Shown here in pieces: positions 61,820-64,000 of a stretch of 64,000 nucleotides of DNA (positions within the stretch are counted from its first letter, which is position 1; every line of letters begins with the position of its first letter). Both the position numbers and the translations under genes were made by a program. The notes beneath the pieces are model-generated. The model did no database searches and was not told the DNA's origin. It saw only the letters and a program-made list of their open reading frames with translations. The stretch comes from Eledone cirrhosa (Eukaryota): positions 133,300,001 through 133,364,000 of the forward strand of contig OZ024743.1 in NCBI GenBank assembly GCA_964016885.1. Direction: 5' to 3'.

Positions 61820-62620
61820 CTTGGTGCTTGGTGCTTGGTGTTTGGTGCTTGGTGCTTGGTGCTTGGTTATTAGTGTTTGGTGCTTGGTGCTTGGGGTTTG
61901 GTGTTTGGTGCTTGGTGCTTTGTGTTTGGTGTTTGCTGTATGGTGTTTGCTGTTTCGTGTTTGGTGTTTGCTGTTTGGTGTTTAATGCTTGGTGCTTGGT
62001 GCTTGGTGTTTGGTGCTTGGTGCTTGGTGCTTGGTGTTTGGCGTTTGCTCTTTGCTGTTTGGTGTTTGGTGCTTGCTGTTTGGTGTTTGGTGTTTGGTGT
62101 TTGGTGTTTGGTGCTTGCTGTTTGGTGCTTGGTGCTTGGTGTTTGGTGTTTGGTGCTTGGTGTGTGGTGTTAAGTGTTTGGTGCTTGGTGCTTGGTGTTT
62201 GGTGCTTCGTGCTTGGTGCTTGGTGTTTGGTGCATGGTGCTTGGTGTTTGGCGCTTGGTGCCTGGTGCTTTGTGTTTGGTGCTAGGTGCTTGGTGCTTGG
62301 TGTTTGGTGCTTGGTGCTTGGTGCTTGGTTATTAGTGTTTGGTGCTTGGTGCTTGGGGTTTGGTGTTTGGTGCTTGGTGCTTGGTGTTTGGTGTTTGCTG
62401 TATGGTGTTTGCTGTTTCGTGTTTGGTGTTTGCTGTTTGGTGTTTAATGCTTGGTGCTTGGTGCTTGGTGTTTGGTGCTTGGTGCTTGGTGCTTGGTGTT
62501 TGGCGTTTGCTCTTTGCTGTTTGGTGTTTGGTGCTTGCTGTTTGGTGTTTGGTGTTTGGTGTTTGGTGTTTGGTGCTTGCTGTTTGGTGCTTGGTGCTTG
62601 GTGTTTGGTCTTTGGTGTTT
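61820..62620. repeat. 462-bp (66-monomer) period duplication of the GGTTATTAG...TTTAATGC...GGCGTTTGCTC cassette
   Basis: ORF offsets 61877->62339 and 61989->62451 are 462. Confidence 0.85.
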
Positions 62621-64000
62621 GGTGCTTGGTGCTTGGTGTTTGGTGCTTGGTGCTTGGTGCTTGGTGCTGGGTGTTTGGTGCTTGGTGCTTGGTGTTTGGT
62701 GCTTGGTGCTTGATGCTTGGTGCTTGGTATTTGGTCCTTGGTGCTTGGTGCTTGGTCTTTGGTACTTGGGGTTTGGTGTTTGGTGCTTGGTGCTTGGTGT
62801 TTTGTGCTTGGTGCTTGGTGCTTGGTGTTTGGTGTTTGGTGCTTGCTGCTTGGTGCTTGGTGTTTGGTGCTTGGTGCTTGGTGATTAGTGTTTGGTGCAT
62901 GGTGCTTGGTGTTTGTTGTTTGGTGCTTGGTGCTTGGTGTTTGGTGCTTGGTGCTTGCTGTTTGGTGTTTAGTGTTTGGTGCTTGGTGCTTGGTGTTTGG
63001 TGTTTGGTGTTTGGTGTTTGGTGCTTGGTGCTTGGTGTTTGGAGCTTGGTGTTTGGTGCTTGGTGTATGTACTTGGTGCTTGGTGCTTGGTGTTTGATGC
63101 TTGGTTCTTGGTGTTTGGTGCTTGGTGCTTGGTGCTTGGTGTTTGGTGCTTGGTGCTTGGTGTTTGGTACTTGGTGCTTGGTGTTTGGTGTTTGGTGTTT
63201 GGTGTTTGGTGCTTGGTGCTTGGTGCTTGGTGTTAAGTGTTTGGTGCTTGGTGCTTGGTGTTTGGTGCTTCGTGCTTGGTGCTTGGTGTTTGGTGCATGG
63301 TGCTTGATGTTTGGGGCTTGGTGCCTGGTGCTTGGTGTTTGGTGCTTGGTGCTTGGTGCTTGGTGTTTGGTGTTTGGTGCTTGGTGCTTGGTGTTTGGTG
63401 CTTGGTGCTTGGTGCTTGGTGTTCGGTGCTTGGTGCTAGGTGCTTGGTACTTGGTGTTAGGTTTTTGGTGCTTGGGGCTTGGTGTTTGATGTTTGGTCCT
63501 TGGTGCTTGGTGTTTGGTGTTTGGTGCTTGGTGCTTGGTGCTTGGTGTTTCGTGTTTGGTGCTTGCTGCTTGCTGCTTGGTGTTTGGTGCTTGGTGATTG
63601 GTGCTTGGTGTTTGGTGCTTGGTGGTTGGTGCTTGGTGTTTGGTGTTTGGTGCTAGGTGCTTGGTGCTTGGTGTTTGGTGCTTGGTGCTTGGTGTTTGGT
63701 GTTTGATGCTTGGTGCTTGGGGCTTGGTGTTTGGTGCTTGCTGCTTGGTGTTTGGTGCTTGCTGCTTGGTGTTTGTTGTTTGGTGTTTGGTGCTTGGTGT
63801 TTGGTGCTTGGTGCTTGGTGCTGGGTGGTTGATGTTTGGTGCTTGGTGCTTGGTGTTTGGTGCTTGGTGCTTGGTGCTTATTGTTTGGTGCTTGGTGCTT
63901 GGTGCTTGGTGCTTGGTCTTTGGTGCTTGGTGTTTGGTGTTTGGTGTTTGGTGTTTGTGCTTGGTGCTTGGTGCTTGGTGTTTGGTGCTAGGTGCTTAAC

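Larger units (their letters stand above)
1..64000. repeat. Heptameric satellite array (TTGGTGY)n / (RCACCAA)n, roughly 9,150 monomers, running off both window edges
   Basis: Every line parses into 7-bp units TTGGTGC or TTGGTGT, plus variants with 1-2 substitutions (TTGCTGT, TTGTTGC, TTGATGC, TTCGTGC, TTAGTGT, TAGGTGC, ATGGTGC, TTGGGGC, TTGGTAC). No non-repeat stretch was seen. The monomer count is simply 64000/7. Confidence 0.99.

Noticed and set aside
922-62900. - strand ORFs of TKHQAPS repeats that resemble mucin-like or RNA polymerase II CTD-like heptads
   Set aside because: This is the same artefact, because the - consensus has no T. The heptad is not YSPTSPS, and the DNA period is 7 bp rather than 21 bp with wobble variation.
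3-63999. Hundreds of + strand ORFs up to 577 aa (e.g. 3485-5023, 20465-22198, 61789-63489) that resemble Cys/Trp-rich membrane proteins
   Set aside because: They overlap in all three frames with the same heptad and mostly start at TTG/GTG triplets supplied by the repeat itself. They exist only because A, and hence stop codons, is nearly absent. There is no unique domain or codon-position structure.
1-64000. CRISPR array or other repeat-spacer system using the recurring landmarks as repeats
   Set aside because: The intervening DNA is the same satellite. There are no unique spacers, no constant spacing and no cas genes.
1-64000. Canonical telomerase-synthesised telomere tract
   Set aside because: The motif matches no telomere repeat I recognise and has no GGG. 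Variant patterns are copied over kilobases, which de novo telomerase addition would not produce.
1-64000. Fungal RIP or CpG decay as the source of the C/T polymorphism
   Set aside because: The variable C is in a CpT context and the consensus has no CpG. RIP at CpA would convert the abundant + strand TG to TA, yet A remains rare.
1-64000. Cyanobacterial STRR-type heptamer repeats or another prokaryotic locus
   Set aside because: Those tracts are short and lie among genes. Here 64 kb contains no gene at all.
1-64000. Pure sequencing artefact, rolling-circle concatemer or synthetic data-encoding DNA
   Set aside because: Nested duplications of different ages with diverged, position-clustered variants look like an evolved array rather than a fixed-period concatemer or noise. 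Individual near-identical duplications could still be assembly errors.
1-64000. Stable G-quadruplex array
   Set aside because: The consensus has only GG runs separated by 5-nt loops, and GGG/GGGG variants are isolated. At best weak two-tier structures could form, which sequence alone cannot support.

Overview
The whole 64 kb window is one uninterrupted, single-orientation tandem array of a 7-bp satellite, consensus (TTGGTGY)n on the + strand and (RCACCAA)n on the - strand. TTGGTGC and TTGGTGT are intermixed with scattered variant monomers. I see no credible gene, RNA gene, mobile element, CRISPR array or unique sequence. The ORFs are artefacts: the + consensus has no A and the - consensus has no T, so neither can form a stop codon. 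The real information is in the higher-order structure, which I read from rare variant monomers and from coordinate offsets between matching ORFs. It includes two tandem ~15-kb super-units (about 2415-17205 and 17206-32927), copy-specific tandem duplications of 1426 and 2384 bp, and a ~4.1-kb (586-monomer) spacing that occurs three times. There are also nested 70-588 bp duplications, a length-neutral patch resembling gene conversion, and three zones with their own diagnostic variants. The most likely identity is eukaryotic heterochromatic (centromeric, pericentromeric or subtelomeric) satellite DNA, but organism and function cannot be determined from this window. Boundaries were estimated by eye and are approximate to tens of bp.
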